A DNA stretch of 64,000 bases from Leucoraja ocellata (GCA_036785375.1 JAWMAR010000023.1:12648001-12712000), one strand, 5' to 3'; numbered from the stretch's first letter, positions 12,089 to 25,175 are shown. Translations and numbers: made by a program. Notes: generated from the sequence alone by a model not told the origin.

Positions 12089-12829
12089 GTGAAACCAACA
12101 TTACCTGGAAAGATTTTGCAAACAAATAAAATTATAATAAACTCAGAGTTTTTCTTCCCCTGCCCCCGAGAAGATGCGAGCACCGCCTGTAGTTGTTGGG
12201 CGTAGAACATTGGTAATTCACAACTCAGTCTAATTATTGCTGGGCATTTGTACACACAGCTGGAGTGTGAGTGGGTCCAATGTCATTCTACTGTCTGTAA
12301 CCAGGTAACCAACATTGCTGGGGAAACAGGCAGGGACTGGCCCTTTATTCCAGGCAGGTTTATTGGGTTGAATAAGTGCGTGTCTCTCACTGTCCTGCTT
12401 TGACACAGTCAGATCATTCCTTATCGGTTTATCCGCATGTAGTGGTGTCCGCACCAATGCCCAGCTCCCCCCTCTATGTGCAAAGACCCCTCCATTTCCT
12501 TTCCCAAAACAAGCCCTCTTTCAATAAACCTGGCCCTGGTGTTTAAGATGCATAAAGTGTCACATTGGCTTTGCCCTGGTCAACAATAGTACTATTTGTG
12601 GAATGCACCTCGAAATATTTTCAGGACAATAGCTTGTTCATTACTTATGTTTCCTCACAGAAATCTTTCACTTAGAGAAGTCGGCATTCTTTAAAGCAGC
12701 AAGGGTAAGATGGCAAACGCTCGGATGGGACTCCTGCAAACTAGTGAATTAGTTTATCTTCCTGTCCCCTCCCCTAGTGCAGTGATAGAATGGGGAACAC
12801 AAGGAACTGCTGATGCTGGAGCCTTCTGT

Positions 12830-13265
12830 CTGAAGAAGAGTCCCGACCTGAAACGTCACTTGTACCTTCTGTCCACAGATGCTGCCTGACCCGCTGAGTT
12901 ACTCCAGCACTCTGTGAAACGTCACCTATCCATGTTCTCCACAGATGCTGCCTGACCCGCTGAGTTATGGTGCAGCAGCATCTATGGAGCGAAGGAAATA
13001 GGCAACGTTTCAGGCCGAACCTTCTGGAAATAGGCAACGTTTCGGGCCGAAACCCAGAAGGGTTTCGGCCTGAAATGTTGCCTATTTCCTTAGCTCCATA
13101 GATGCTGCTGCACCCGCTGAGTTACTCCAGCACTCTGTGAAACGTCACCTATCCATGTTCTCCACAGATGCTGCCTGTCCCGCTGAGTTACTCCAGCACT
13201 CTGTGAAACGTCACCTATCCATGTTCTCCACAGATGCTGCCTGACCCGCTGAGTTACTCCAGCAC
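12830..13265 (+). repeat. Hammerhead-like motif + 66-bp array + fold-back cassette (~12970-13113)
   Basis: 'ctgaagaagagtcccgacctgaaacgtc', then units and inverted arms around 'ccc-agaa-ggg'. Confidence 0.9.
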
Positions 13266-14159
13266 TTGGTATTTTGCTCTGGGATAGAGTGGGATTAGTG
13301 AATGATACTGACCAGGGATGAACCAGGCCAATCCACAAAGAACCTGAAGAATATCAATAATTATAGGCCCCCCTGTCCCAGAAACAGCAGAGAGAAGAAT
13401 CTAAAGAATCAGGAGGCTTAGAAAATGTGAAAGATAGAGGTGTGGTCTTGGCCTAGAATTACGAGAATACTTTGCCTGGTAGTATTGTGATTCATTTCAC
13501 TCTAACAATATACCCTTCTGTTCCTTTGTCCCTTGAGATCTTATCATGCTTGGTCCAAGGTGCATCGTAAATGCTGCATACGTCAACAATCCCATGTTGT
13601 GATGGGCTCCTTATTCTAACCACTACATTGTTATATATTATTTATATTTTACAAAATGCAACCAAGGTGCAGGTGTGGACCCCAGGTGAGTGGTGTGGCC
13701 TCGGGAGGGCAGTAACCCTCTGCTGCAAGGTTATTATAACCTTCATAATGAGCTTTGTGGAGACCTATTCCTTCACTTTTGTGAAACCACCGTCCTTGTT
13801 GATGAGATCTAATGGGAGAAAGTCCCAGAGCAGGAACGCAGCAGAATCTGGGCCTAGTCTCGCAGGATCACACAACAAAACCCATTCCAATGCCCAACCC
13901 ATTTCCCAGAAGGAAACACAACACTAACAACAGGGGAAAGAAAAGCAATATTGTCGATTCAGCTGGAGTTCTGTGAGCAGGGGATGTATACAGTGGATCT
14001 ACTAGCCAGCGCCCCAATCATTCTCATCCAAGACTCCAGTCGAGGTGAAAGTTCTCCAGCTGTTAAACACATTGTTCTTCAGCTTATGCAGGACTGCACA
14101 TTGTAACCCTCATTGTATTCTGCTCAAGAACATGCAATATAGAGCAGTACTGTTGTCTG

Positions 14160-14375
14160 CATGCTCCTGCCTTCTCCCCATAACCCTTGACACCCGTTCT
14201 AATCAAGAATGTGTCTATCTCTGCCTCAAACTGACTTGGCCTCCACAGCCCTCTGTGGCAATGAGTTCCACAGATTCACCACCCTCTGACTAAAGAAGTT
14301 CCTCCTCACCTCCTTTCTAAAAGAGCGCCCTTTAATTCTTGGGCTGTGACCTCTGGTCCTAGACTGTTCCACCAT
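14160..14375 (-). mobile_element. CR1-like LINE 3' fragment
   Basis: 'ttccacagattcaccaccctctgactaaagaag...tgacctctggtcctagact'. Confidence 0.8.
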
Positions 14376-14864
14376 GCTGTATACACATCACGGTAAGCTG
14401 GGATATCACTGTAACCATTCAGTGCTCATGGTGATCATGAATATATTGGTCTCTCCCCCCATCTTCCTTCTCCCTCACCTTCTCTGATGTAGATGGAAAC
14501 TGCAGCTTGTTCAACATGTAACCTTCGTGTTTGAGTTAGGTGGAGAATATTTGATTGGTGGGTTTTCCATTCTTTATCTGGGTTTGGTGATGGGTTTCTA
14601 CACTATTCACACGCAGAGCTGCCAAACAGAAAATAAAGGAAACTCCGCTCCCAATCATTTCCAATCCTGAACCTGAACAAGAAACAGTTCAGGGGAAAGC
14701 CATAACTTCCATACACTCCATAGATGCTGCCTCACCCGCTGAGTTTCTCCAGCAATGTTGTCTACCTTCCATCACTTGCATCTGTTCATTGATCTACTGC
14801 TTGTTCATATGCAAATTGCTCATCAGATTTGCATGTAGCTAAAGTGGGTCCACCATGAAAACAT

Positions 14865-15150
14865 TCAGAATTAAACAACGTTCTTTTAGGAAGGAGATGA
14901 GGAGACATTTCTTTCGTCAGAGGGTGGTGAATCTGTGGAATTCTCTGCCACAGACGGCTGTGGAGGCCAGGTCAGTGGATATTTTGAATGCAGCGATAGA
15001 TAGATTCTTGATTAGTACGGGTGTCAGGGGTTATGGAGAGAAGGCAGGAGAATGGGGTTAGGAGGGAGAGATGGATCAGCCATGAGTGAATGGTGTAGTG
15101 TAAATGATGGGCTGAATGGCCGAATTCTACTCCTATTCCTTATGACCTTG
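14865..15150 (+). mobile_element. CR1-like LINE 3' end
   Basis: FRKEMRRHFFRQRVVNLWNSLPQTAVEA translation. Confidence 0.85.
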
Positions 15151-15554
15151 TGACGTAATCCATTGGTTGGAAAGTGCTTGAAGACTTTCCCAGAAAGTGA
15201 AATGCTATTTCAATCGCTATCTTTGCCAGCTCTCCCTTGAAATATATACAACAGACACACTACAACATACAGTATGCTGGTGCTACAACCACCCAGCCTA
15301 CTGGCAACATGCAACGGCACTCACCTGAAGTTCAACCCTCTGCATTTATAACATGAACTCCTTCCTTACTTAAACTGCCTTGCAATGGTGTTTGTCTGCA
15401 TTGACAGTGTTTATATAAAAGCTGATAGTTACAGCTTGGCAAAGCTGTGGATATTCCATTAAATATTGTTTTGAGTTCCAATGCAAATAATTGAAATTAT
15501 AACCAATGAGACATGTTTATCACCATCAACCTTTGTTTCAATTTCCATTTGAAT

Positions 15555-15840
15555 GCGGCACGGTGGCGCAGCGTGTAGAGTTGCTGCCTCACTGTGTCAA
15601 AGACCCGGGTTCCATCCTGACTATGGGTGCTGCCTGTATGGTGTTTGCATGTTCTCCCCGTGACCTGCGTGGGTTTTCTCCGAGATCTCCAGTTTCCTCC
15701 CACACTCCAAAGACGTACAGATTTGCAGGTTAATTGGCTTGGTGTAATTGTAAATTGTCCCTAGTGTGTGTAGAATAGTGTTAGTGTGCAGGGATCGCTG
15801 GTCGGCACAGACTCCGTGGGCCGAAGGGCCTGTTTCCGCT
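15555..15840 (+). mobile_element. HE1-like V-SINE, near full length
   Basis: A box TGGCGCAGCG, B box GGTTCCATCC, V-domain, CR1-type tail. Confidence 0.9.
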
Positions 15841-16182
15841 GGCTGTCCTCAATGATGGCAGTTCACAGACTTCACACAACGAGAATCTCTCATTATATCT
15901 TTCCCAGCAAAGCTTGAGAGAGCAGCCTGGCTCCAGTTGGTTGCATTTCCAATTTGAACACTTGCCATCTTTGTGGCCTCTCCACATGCGATTGCCAATG
16001 TGATGTCAATTAATGTTGATTTACGGGCAGTTTCAGCATTGGAGCCACTCCCACCCACCCACCCGAAACGCAGTTCTCTCCAGACCCCCGCAGTCAGTAG
16101 AACGTCAGCTGCAACTAGTCTAGTCTAGCCGGGACTGGGAGCCAAGAGCTGGAGCTGTGAAGCAGTGCTCCAGCCCACCGAC

Positions 16183-16877
16183 TCACACGCGCACACACAC
16201 GGGCACATGGACACACACGCGCACACACGGACACAGGCACACACATACACACGCGCACACACACGGACACACACACGCACACACGGGCACACGCGCACAC
16301 ACGCGCACACACACGGGCACACACGCACACACGCGCACACACGCACACGGGCACACGCGCACACATACACACACGGACACATACACACACGCGCACACAT
16401 ATACACACACACGGACACACACACGCACACGGGCACACGCGCACACACACGAGCACACGCGCACACATACACACACGGGCACACGCGCACACACACGTAC
16501 ACACACACGCACACACATACACACGGACACACANNNNNNNNNNNNNNNNNNNNNNNNNNNNNNNNNNNNNNNNNNNNNNNNNNNNNNNNNNNNNNNNNNN
16601 NNNNNNNNNNNNNNNNNNNNNNNNNNNNNNNNNNNNNNNNNNNNNNNNNNNNNNNNNNNNNNNNNNNNNNNNNNNNNNNTACACACAGACGTACACACGC
16701 GCACACGCACACGCACGCAAGCACACACGCACACACGCGCACACACTCACACAGACACGCACACACGTACACACGCACACACACACGCCCCCCACACACA
16801 CACACGTATACACACACGTACACACGTACGTACACACGTACACAAGCACACACGTACTCACACTCACACTCACACAC
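16183..16877. repeat. CA/CG-rich microsatellite spanning an assembly gap (N 16534-16679)
   Basis: Direct inspection. Confidence 0.95.
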
Positions 16878-17409
16878 CCTCGCCATTCCCCTCTTTGCCT
16901 TTCAACACCAAAGGCCGTCTTTATTTCAGAAACATTTCCAAGCAACATGCACGTCTGATTTTAAAACATTCCCGACCCCTGGAAAATCATTGTAAGCTGC
17001 AGCTTGTTTTGTTCCCAGTCCATCAGGGTCGGGATCTATCCAGTCAGAGGAAATTGGGAAAAGTGTGGAAGGGGGAGGAATGATTGAGGGCGGGGGAGAG
17101 AGAGTGACAGATTCATTCCCTGACCCCCCCCCCCGGCCCGTGCAGCTGCTCTGCACCCCTCTAGTTCACCAGCGCTTCATATGTTTCATGTTGTTTTACT
17201 GCTCTCCTTCATTCCCCTCCGCTCCATTTCCCACTCACCTCCATCTGCTCTGGACCTTGCAATACCCCTGTCGTTCAGCATCATTTCATGTTCTCACTGA
17301 AACAGCTGAGAGAGGAGACTCGGATGAATGCCTTTCGGATAGAATTACATGGAATGTTCCGGCAGAAACAGGCCACTCAGCCCCAATGCTCAATGGTGGT
17401 GTTTCATCT

Positions 17410-17745
17410 GTATAGAGGATGTTTCCACTAGTGGGAGAGTCTAGGACCAGAGGGCACAGCCAAGAATTAAAGGATGTTGCGTTAGGAAGGAGATGTGGAG
17501 GAATTTCTTTAGTCACTGGGTGGTGAATCTGTGGAATTCTTTGCCACTGACGGCTGTGGAGGCCGCAAGTCAATGGATATTTTTAAGGCAGAGATAGATA
17601 GATTTTTGATTAGTACAGGTGTCGGGGGCTATGGGGAGAAGGCAGGAGAATGGGGTTAGGAGGGAGAGATAGATCAGCCATGATTGAATGGAGGAGTAGA
17701 CTTGATGGGCCGAATGGCCTAATTCTTCTCCTATCACTTATGATC
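17410..17745 (+). mobile_element. CR1-like LINE 3' end
   Basis: 'gatgtttccactagtgggagagtctaggaccagagg...gtggtgaatctgtggaattc...gatgggccgaatggcctaattc'. Confidence 0.9.
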
Positions 17746-17761
17746 TTATGCTGGACCCAAT

Positions 17762-17877
17762 CCTCCCACACACCTGGTCCCCCCACACACCTGGTCCTCC
17801 CACACACCTGGTCCTCCCACACACCTGGTCCCCCCACACACCTGGTCCCCCCACACACCTGGTCCCCCCACACACCT
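17762..17877. repeat. ~17-bp minisatellite (cacacacctggtccYcc), about 6-7 units
   Basis: Direct inspection. Confidence 0.9.
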
Positions 17878-18417
17878 CCAGATGATCAGATGACCACTTC
17901 CGCACTAGAATCGTCAGTGGTTTCTGTACGAGACTGCAGTGCCCTTTATACACCGCTCCAACCCAGTAAATCCTGGTTTCATGCTAATCATAAATGATGT
18001 TTAATTCCTCACTGCAGCAAGCTGTGTAACAGTTGGAATGAATGGGCTGCAAACAGCAACATTCCCTTTCTCACTGGGCCCCGCACACAGGCTCCTCAGC
18101 TTCTTCCCGCAGGCCCCTGCCAAAGTATCGCGCACCAACCACCAACCTGGACACACTGCAACAGAGCCACTGTCGTGCCGCTGCCGATCGGAATGCCTGT
18201 TGATGTTTAGTAGAGAGTAGAGTGTTTAATTTGTTCATGATATATGTATTTTTATTTCTATTTATTTTTTACTGCACACTGAATGGACACTGGCTGAGCA
18301 ACGTTTGTTTCCTCTGGGTATGTGAGTACTCAGGAAAATGACAATAAAGATATACTGTACTATACTATACTAAAGCAGTGGCAGGCTTTTCCCCGTTAAC
18401 TAATGACATTGCGGTTG

Positions 18418-18750
18418 TTACCAACTGCTACAGATGTGCCATGGAAAGCATTCTGTCACGATGCATCTCAGCTTGGCCTGGGAACAAACAGCTCCATCCA
18501 GACAGTTGTGGACCATCACACAAACCAACCTCTCTTCCATTGACTCCATCTACACCTCACGCTGCCTCGGCAAGGCCAGCAGCATCATCATCAAGGACCA
18601 GTCTCACCCCCGGTCACTCCCTCTTCTCCCCTCTCCCAACAGGGAAAAGTTACAGAAGTGAAAACTCACATCTCCAAATTCAGGGACAGTTTCTTCCCAG
18701 CTGTTATCAGGCAACTGAACCATCCTACCACAACTAGAGAGCAGTCCTGA
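18418..18750 (+). mobile_element. Rex1/Babar-like LINE ORF C-terminal fragment (frameshifted)
   Basis: TNCYRCAMESILSRCISAW.GN / QTNLSSIDSIYTSRCLGKASSII.KDQSHP / GHSLFSPLP.GK.YRS in alternating frames. Confidence 0.85.
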
Positions 18751-18909
18751 CCTGACCTGGCCTTTCATCATATGTTTACGACCATTCCATGGGGCCTTGG
18801 GGAAGTTTAACTGCTATACATTATTTTGAGGGAAGGTGAAGAGTACGGCTTTCTTATTTTTGCTACTTGGTGGATTGGAAAAGATTTAAAAAAAGATGGA
18901 ACAAGTTAA

Positions 18910-19065
18910 TCAGTTTAGTTTATTGCCACATGTACCGAGGTAAAGTGAAAAGCTTTTGATGCATGCTAACCAGTCAGTGGAAAGACAATACATGATTACA
19001 ATCGATAGAGTATGGATATTTACAGTATACAGATACAAGATAAGGGAATAACGTTTAGTGCAAGG
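18910..19065 (-). mobile_element. Rex1/Babar-like LINE 3' tail
   Basis: Reverse complement of the tail, 'gtttagtttattgccacatgtaccgagg'. Confidence 0.75.
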
Positions 19066-19794
19066 TAAATAGTTTGTCTTTTGCGAGATTTTCAGTGTTG
19101 AACGTTGTGCTTTTAAGTGAAGATGCAATGCTTGTGTTGAGCATGTCTTATCCATTTAACCAGCCTGCTGAGAGCTCCAGGAGTGTCCGTCAATGGCTGG
19201 GCAGCTCTGAAGGGTCTTGAGATACTTAATGTGCAATCGAACCTTTATCCTGCTAATTAGTTATAGCACCGGCAGTAATCGCTGAGGCAAAAGGTCTTTT
19301 AACTGCTGCTGCCTTTGGGGTTATTTTGTTGTAAAGAAATAAAAGAAAGCTTTGCTGCAATTCATCGTACTGCCAGGAATAATTGCATTAGTGGTGAGAG
19401 GCCTTGTGGGAAGAGAAAGGCCGGGGCATTGATTGCCTTTTTGTATTTCCTGTGAAATGGTCTGATCCTAGTCATTAGTGTAACACAACCACTGCCCAGC
19501 TGCTGACAATGAGGAGACGGCCAGGGAACTGGTGCTTCATTTAGTCATTAAGAACATGGGTTGGTTCACAGTGTGAATGAATCCCTCCCCTCCTCCCAAA
19601 AGCAGTCTCTGCTCAGAGAGAGCTGGAATAGGAGGGCTCATTGCCTGCTATATATTCACCACAAGACACAGTAGGAAAGAGACCAGCAGCAAGTCAGATA
19701 CTATGCTCCAACTTGCTACCTTGCCTTAAACCTGTGTAAGGAAGCAACCACTACGTCACACCCTAAAATAAGAGCAAAGTCTAACTTAAGCAAA

Positions 19795-20090
19795 ACCTCA
19801 CAGCACCAGAGACCTGGGTTCAATCCTGAGCTCGGCTACTGCTGTCTATGTGGAGTTTGCATGTTCTCCCTGTGACCGCGTGGATTTTCTCCAGTGTTTG
19901 TTTCCACCGACATCCCAAAGGCGTGCGGGTTTGTAGGTTAATTCCCCCTGGTGTGTAGGGAGCGGATGAGAAATTGGAATAACATAGAATTAGTGTGAAT
20001 GGGTGATCGATGGTTGGCTTGGACTCGATGGGCCGAAGGGCCTGTTTCCTTGATGTATCTCTAAACTTAACTAACTAACTAAGTGGTTAA
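19795..20090 (+). mobile_element. HE1-like V-SINE
   Basis: B box, V-domain and tail with (taac)n. Confidence 0.85.
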
Positions 20091-21074
20091 GAGATGGCAA
20101 GCTTGAGAAGCAACAGTCTGCTGGAGGAGTTGAATGTTAGAAGCATCATTGTAAGGTGATGGAGTAGAATCAGATGATACAGGATTGGGTGACGGGTTTG
20201 GATGGTGGATGCACGGAGTTGATAAGTTTGGTGTTGGCTTATGATTATTATCACATGTGCTGATACAGTGAATAACTTTGTTTTACCCACTGTCTGGCAA
20301 GTCAAGACATTGATCAGGTACACCTTACCTCTGGATGTATAAAATGGATGAATGAATTCTTGGTGAAGATATTGATCTGATCATTGACAACAGATTGATG
20401 AATCAATGTGTGGGGATAGGAAGTGAGAATGGGCATGCTAGTTAGTCAGGAGCAGTGCCAAGGTGCAGTTATGCCCATGTGTACAAACATCCACGTGGCA
20501 GAACAGGCCGGCATGGAGACCACCATGTCAGGCAGCCTCTGTGGGGGGGGATCGGACAAGAGACATCTCAGAACAGGCCCCTTCTTTTGTAGGAGTCAGG
20601 GGGAGAAAACAGGCTGTCATCTTTGCTAGTTCTGGAACTAATGAGAGTATTGTTGTCACCCATGTACCTCAGTAGGGTGAATGTTCAAACCCTACATTGT
20701 TCAGCAAGCTGCTGGATCATGTCATCAGTGATAGGAGCAGAAATAGGCCATTCGGCCCAACAAGTCTACTACGCCATTCAATCATTGCTGATCTATCTCT
20801 CCCTCTCAACCCCATTCTCCTGCCTTCTCCCCTGTAACCTCTGACACCTGCACTATCAGGTTCAAAACCAGCTTGCTCCCCACTGAACTCAGACTGTTAC
20901 ACAGACCTCTCACACACTAGGACACTTTCCCCATCCTCCAATCTACCTTGTTGTGGCCCATGCACTTGTTTTTAAGTCGTCACTTTCCCTTTCATAGAAT
21001 AGATCAATCAAGCAACACAGCAGAGAATAGAGAATAATTAACCGATTGGATATTCATTTCAATTCAATTCAATG

Positions 21075-21250
21075 AATATTTTTAAGGCAGAAATTGATAG
21101 ACTATTGATTAATACGGGTGTTGGGGGTGACGGGGAGTAGGCAGGAGAATGGGGTTAGGTGGGAGAGATAGATCAGTCATGATTGAATGGTGGAGTAGAC
21201 TCGATGGGCCGAATGGCCTAATTCTGCTCCTAGAACTGATGAACTTATAA
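21075..21250 (+). mobile_element. CR1-like LINE 3' end
   Basis: 'ggcaggagaatggggttagg...gatgggccgaatggcctaattctgctcct'. Confidence 0.8.
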
Positions 21251-21764
21251 GATTGGGGAAGTGGTATTTTTAAATGATTGGTGATGAAAATAGAATTACT
21301 TTGATGCTAACATTTATGTAAATAATGTGGACTGGGCTTGGAAGTATAATTTCAAAACGTGAGCCCAGGACTTTACTTTGAATACACATGAAGTACTGTG
21401 AGCGCTGTGGTTTTTGTGTTATAAAGGGGACATTGAGGCACTGCAGAGGTTCTGAAAAGATTTACTGCTTAGATACGAGAGCTATCTGGGAAACTGACTC
21501 TGTTTAGTTTGGAAGCATCAAGACTGAGAGGCACGTGGAGGTTTCATTGCCGTCCAACATGTGTGACCCCAGTCCTTGTTGCAGGTTTTGCTTCCTATAA
21601 TGGAGTAATCAAACCACAGGTTGGAGAACTTGCCCCAACACCATGCTCGCAGGGGGCCTTGCAGTATGGACCATGTACCTTCATTCCATCATGGTCTTCT
21701 TCTGGGAAAGGTTGATGGAGTGGATGCACAGAAACCTTTTCACTTGTTCCAGACTGCCAGAGCA

Positions 21765-21970
21765 ATCTTCCTCATTGGTGACCCTCAGACTATCTTTGAT
21801 CGGACTTTGCTGGCTTTACCTTGCACTAAACGTTATTCCCTTATCATGTATCTATACACTGTCAATGGCTCAATTGTAATCATGTATTGTCTTTCCACTG
21901 ACTGGTTAGCACACAACAGAAGCTTTTCACTGTACCTCAGTACACGTGACAATAAACTAAACTGAACTGA
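21765..21970 (+). mobile_element. Rex1/Babar-like LINE 3' UTR
   Basis: Matches the other tails and ends in (aaact)n. Confidence 0.8.
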
Positions 21971-22308
21971 ACAGATGGCAGAACCAGCAACTAAACATAG
22001 AAGGCTGTCTATTATAAATCGAGCAAGTTAGGATGAGCATTTACAATAATCGACTCACTTCCACCAGGATTAGTAACTAGAAAATGAGAAGTAATTTGTT
22101 TAGCTTAATAGGGTTTAGTAGAGTTCTTCTTATCGAGTCCGCACAAGATTAGAAGTTGTTTGGCCAAAGCTGAACACACTTCTCGACATCCGCACACAAT
22201 GGTGTCTGTCTTGTTGCTTCCTGTGCATCTTGTGCGTGGTGGTGGAACGATTGGTGTAAACGGGGCCGCGATCGAGGTGAACGCTCTTTCCTTGACCCCC
22301 CCTAGTAG

Positions 22309-22603
22309 AGTTTAGTTTAGAGAAACAGCATGGAAACAAGCCCCATGGCCCACTAAACCCATGCCAACTATCGATCACCCATACACTAGTTCTATCTTAC
22401 ACACTAGGGACAAGTTACAGAAACTAATTAACCTACAAACCCGCACGTCTTTGGAATGTACGAGGAAACAAGAGCACCTGAAGAAAACCCACGTGTTCAC
22501 GGAGAGAACGTACAAACTCCGTACAGACTGCACCCGTAGTCGGGATCGAACCTGGGTCTCTGGCGCTGTGAGGCAGCAACTCCAACTCTGCGCCACCGTG
22601 TGG
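22309..22603 (-). mobile_element. HE1-like V-SINE, near full length
   Basis: Reverse-complement head 'ggatcgaacc...cgccaccgtg'. Confidence 0.9.
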
Positions 22604-23354
22604 CCCCTAAGTCAATGAATTCAACTAACTAGGGTGGGAGGAGGTTCCCTGGATTGCCATGAGATTGGTGGGCATGACAGATTGGATCAGTCATGGTAAA
22701 AATTTGCAATTCTCACTAAGACAATGTTTCTGCCACATTACCTTGGGAACAGTTCACACTGAAAGAAGCCTTTCAGTAATATCGGGTTGCTAACTATTCT
22801 GGACGGAGCCCCTGGCTCTCTCCACTAATCCCTGAAACCACAAAATAGGGGAGCAAATATAAACACAGCATTGGAGATGCAAACTTCATCATTTTAACCC
22901 CACAGGTGAAGTGACCAAACTGGGTTTCGTGACTGCACAACTTGGGAGATTTTAGAGCCACGTAACATTTAATCCCTTTCTAATTTGCATTCTCACTTCT
23001 TGTGACTAGTTCAGCATTTATCCACGATTCAGTCTGAGCAATCCTCCTTCTATTCTCCCGCAGCCCATAACATCCAACAAGGCAAGCGAGCAGGTAATTA
23101 ATTGTTGATGCGTGACGTGGTTTCATGGGTGTCAGCTTGTGTTTGAGTACAAGTGCTATGTTTTAGAGACATTCTGACCTCAATAGTTGAATTACAAATG
23201 TGTTTACATGGAGATTTATAATAGGAGGCCATTGGCCAGATGGGACAGACTGTTGTATGTTTGTCCCAGTACCAATACTAGGTTTCAGGAGAGTCTCTCT
23301 AATCACTCGGTCCGTTGTGTTATGTGATGGAGGCCAATGGAACGGTGATGAATG

Positions 23355-23620
23355 GGCAGCATGGTGGAGCAGTGGGTACAGTTTCAGAGACCAGGGTTCA
23401 ACCCTGACTACGGGTGCTGTCTGTACGGAGTCTGTACGGACTTCCTGGGACCGTGTGGGTTTTCTCCGGGTGCTCCGGTTTCCTCCCACACTTCAAAGAC
23501 GTACAGGTTTGTAGGTTAATTGGCTTCAGTAACAATTGTAAATTGTCCCTAGTGTGTGTAGGATAGTGTTTGTGTGTAGGGATTGCTGGTCGGCGCGGAC
23601 TTGTTGGGCGCTGTATCTGC
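23355..23620 (+). mobile_element. HE1-like V-SINE
   Basis: B box, V-domain and tail. Confidence 0.85.
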
Positions 23621-23624
23621 GCTG

Positions 23625-23778
23625 TGACACCTGTATGGTCGTGAGTAGTCGCCCAAAAAGTAGTACCTATTTCTGGTCGCTGCTGGATTTTCAACAAGTT
23701 GAAAATTTTCGGAGACCTGCTGCAACTATGACGGGTGCCGGCAGTCGCCGAAAGAATCGCTAAGTGGGACAGGCCCTT
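23625..23778. mobile_element. Probable end of a non-autonomous DNA transposon (PIF/Harbinger-like TIR)
   Basis: CpG-rich block ending 'taagtgggacaggccctt' (TIR-like GGGCCTGTCCCACT) with an internal palindrome 'ttttcaacaagttgaaaa'. The other end is not seen. Confidence 0.4.
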
Positions 23779-24154
23779 CAGTCTCTCTTGAATACATCTC
23801 ACCTTGACTGCTGGATAATGTGCTGGGTGGGCAGCAAGGATCTAGGGTAGTGGGGAGGTATTTTTGTTGGAACAGCTCTGTGTGCTGAGTCGGAGTCACT
23901 CCGTCAATGTCTTGCTGTTATTTATTTCCGGGGCATCTGAGTGGTTTTTATGGAATAAGACGACTGTATTCGGCACGATGGTGGATGTGATTATAACACT
24001 CTGTGCTTTGTCATTGCCTTCTGTCAGTTTGCAATCGTTACGCTGACAGCTTGCAGACACAAAAACAAATAGCTAAAGACTAAAGAAAATGTTATTGCAA
24101 TTGAGGAACCCCCCAAAAACGTGATGCCTGTTACACATGTTTTAATAAGTAGAG

Positions 24155-24495
24155 TTCATAAGGTCATGTGACAGCAGAATTAGGCCATTCGGCCCATCGA
24201 GCCTACTCCGCCATTCAATCATGGCTGATCTATCTCTCCCTCCTAACCCGATTCTCCTGCCTTCTCCCCATAATCCCTGACACCCATACTGATCAAGAAT
24301 CTATCTATCTCTGCCTTTAAAATATCCACTGACTTGGCCTCTACAACCGTCTGTGGCAAAGAATTCCACAGATTCACCACCCTCTGACTAAAGATATTTC
24401 TCCTCATCTCCTTCCTAAAAGAATGTCCTTTAATTCTGAGGCTGTGACCTCTAATCCTAGACTCTCCCACTAGTGGAAACATCCTCTCCACATCC
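24155..24495 (-). mobile_element. CR1-like LINE 3' end
   Basis: DVERMFPLVGESRIRGHSLRIKGHSFRKEMRRNIFSQRVVNLWNSLPQ. Confidence 0.9.
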
Positions 24496-24604
24496 AAGAC
24501 AAGCACTCATCATACGTTAAGAGAGTTCCTGCCCCTGGCAATTAAAGAATATTACCTCACCTCGTAATTAGCAACTTGTGCTGTAAAATACAATGATTGA
24601 ATGT

Positions 24605-24775
24605 CTTAAGAAAGAACTGCAGATGCTGGAAAAATCGAAGGTAGACAAAAATGCTGGAGAAACTCAGCGGGTGAGGCAGCATCTATGGAGCGAAGGAAAT
24701 AGGTGACGTTTCGGGTCGAGACCCTTTTTCAGACTGAAGGGTCTCGACCCGAAACGTCACCTATTCCTTCCTCCA
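24605..24775. mobile_element. Head-to-head pair of Penelope terminal fragments joined at the hammerhead motif
   Basis: 'aggtgacgtttcgggtcgagaccc...gggtctcgacccgaaacgtcacct' inverted repeat. Confidence 0.85.
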
Positions 24776-24949
24776 TGTCACCTCCTACCATTAGGATTTT
24801 ACAGACAGCAAAGACAACTGAATCAATGCCTGGATAAATATGTCCTATCAGCTCTGGCCCTTTTCTCACCCTCAATGCCAACTTGTCTTGCCTTGGTCAG
24901 AGAACTATGGGGGGGGGGGGGGGGACAGAGAGAGAGGGGTTTACTGCTT

Positions 24950-25175
24950 GTCTTTCTCATTCTCACCTTCCCCTCAGCCATCAATGAACCATTCTACATT
25001 TCCTTGATCACCTTCTGCTTTGATCTGTCCGTTTCACACCTTACATTCTCTTTGTACCCATCCATATCTCGAGTTTCCCTCTCGCCCGACAGTCTGAAGA
25101 AGGGTGTAGACATGAAACGTCACCCATTCCTTCCTTCTCTCCAGAGATGCTGCCTGTCCCGCTGAGTTACTCCAG
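24950..25175 (+). mobile_element. Penelope-like 3' terminal fragment with degenerate hammerhead
   Basis: 'agtctgaagaagggtgtagacatgaaacgtcacc...gctgagttactccag'. Confidence 0.7.

Noticed and set aside
15555-15625. tRNA gene
   Set aside because: The A/B boxes belong to the SINE head and run into the V-domain; there is no complete cloverleaf.
16115-17083. Long Cys/Val or His/Thr ORFs
   Set aside because: Translations of CA microsatellites and N gaps; the same applies at 7.4, 8.2 and 50.6-52.0 kb.
15326-24572. Minus-strand micro-exon-like AG..GT segments (15.33, 20.33, 22.74, 24.56 kb)
   Set aside because: Too short (about 15-50 nt) to distinguish from chance without transcript data.
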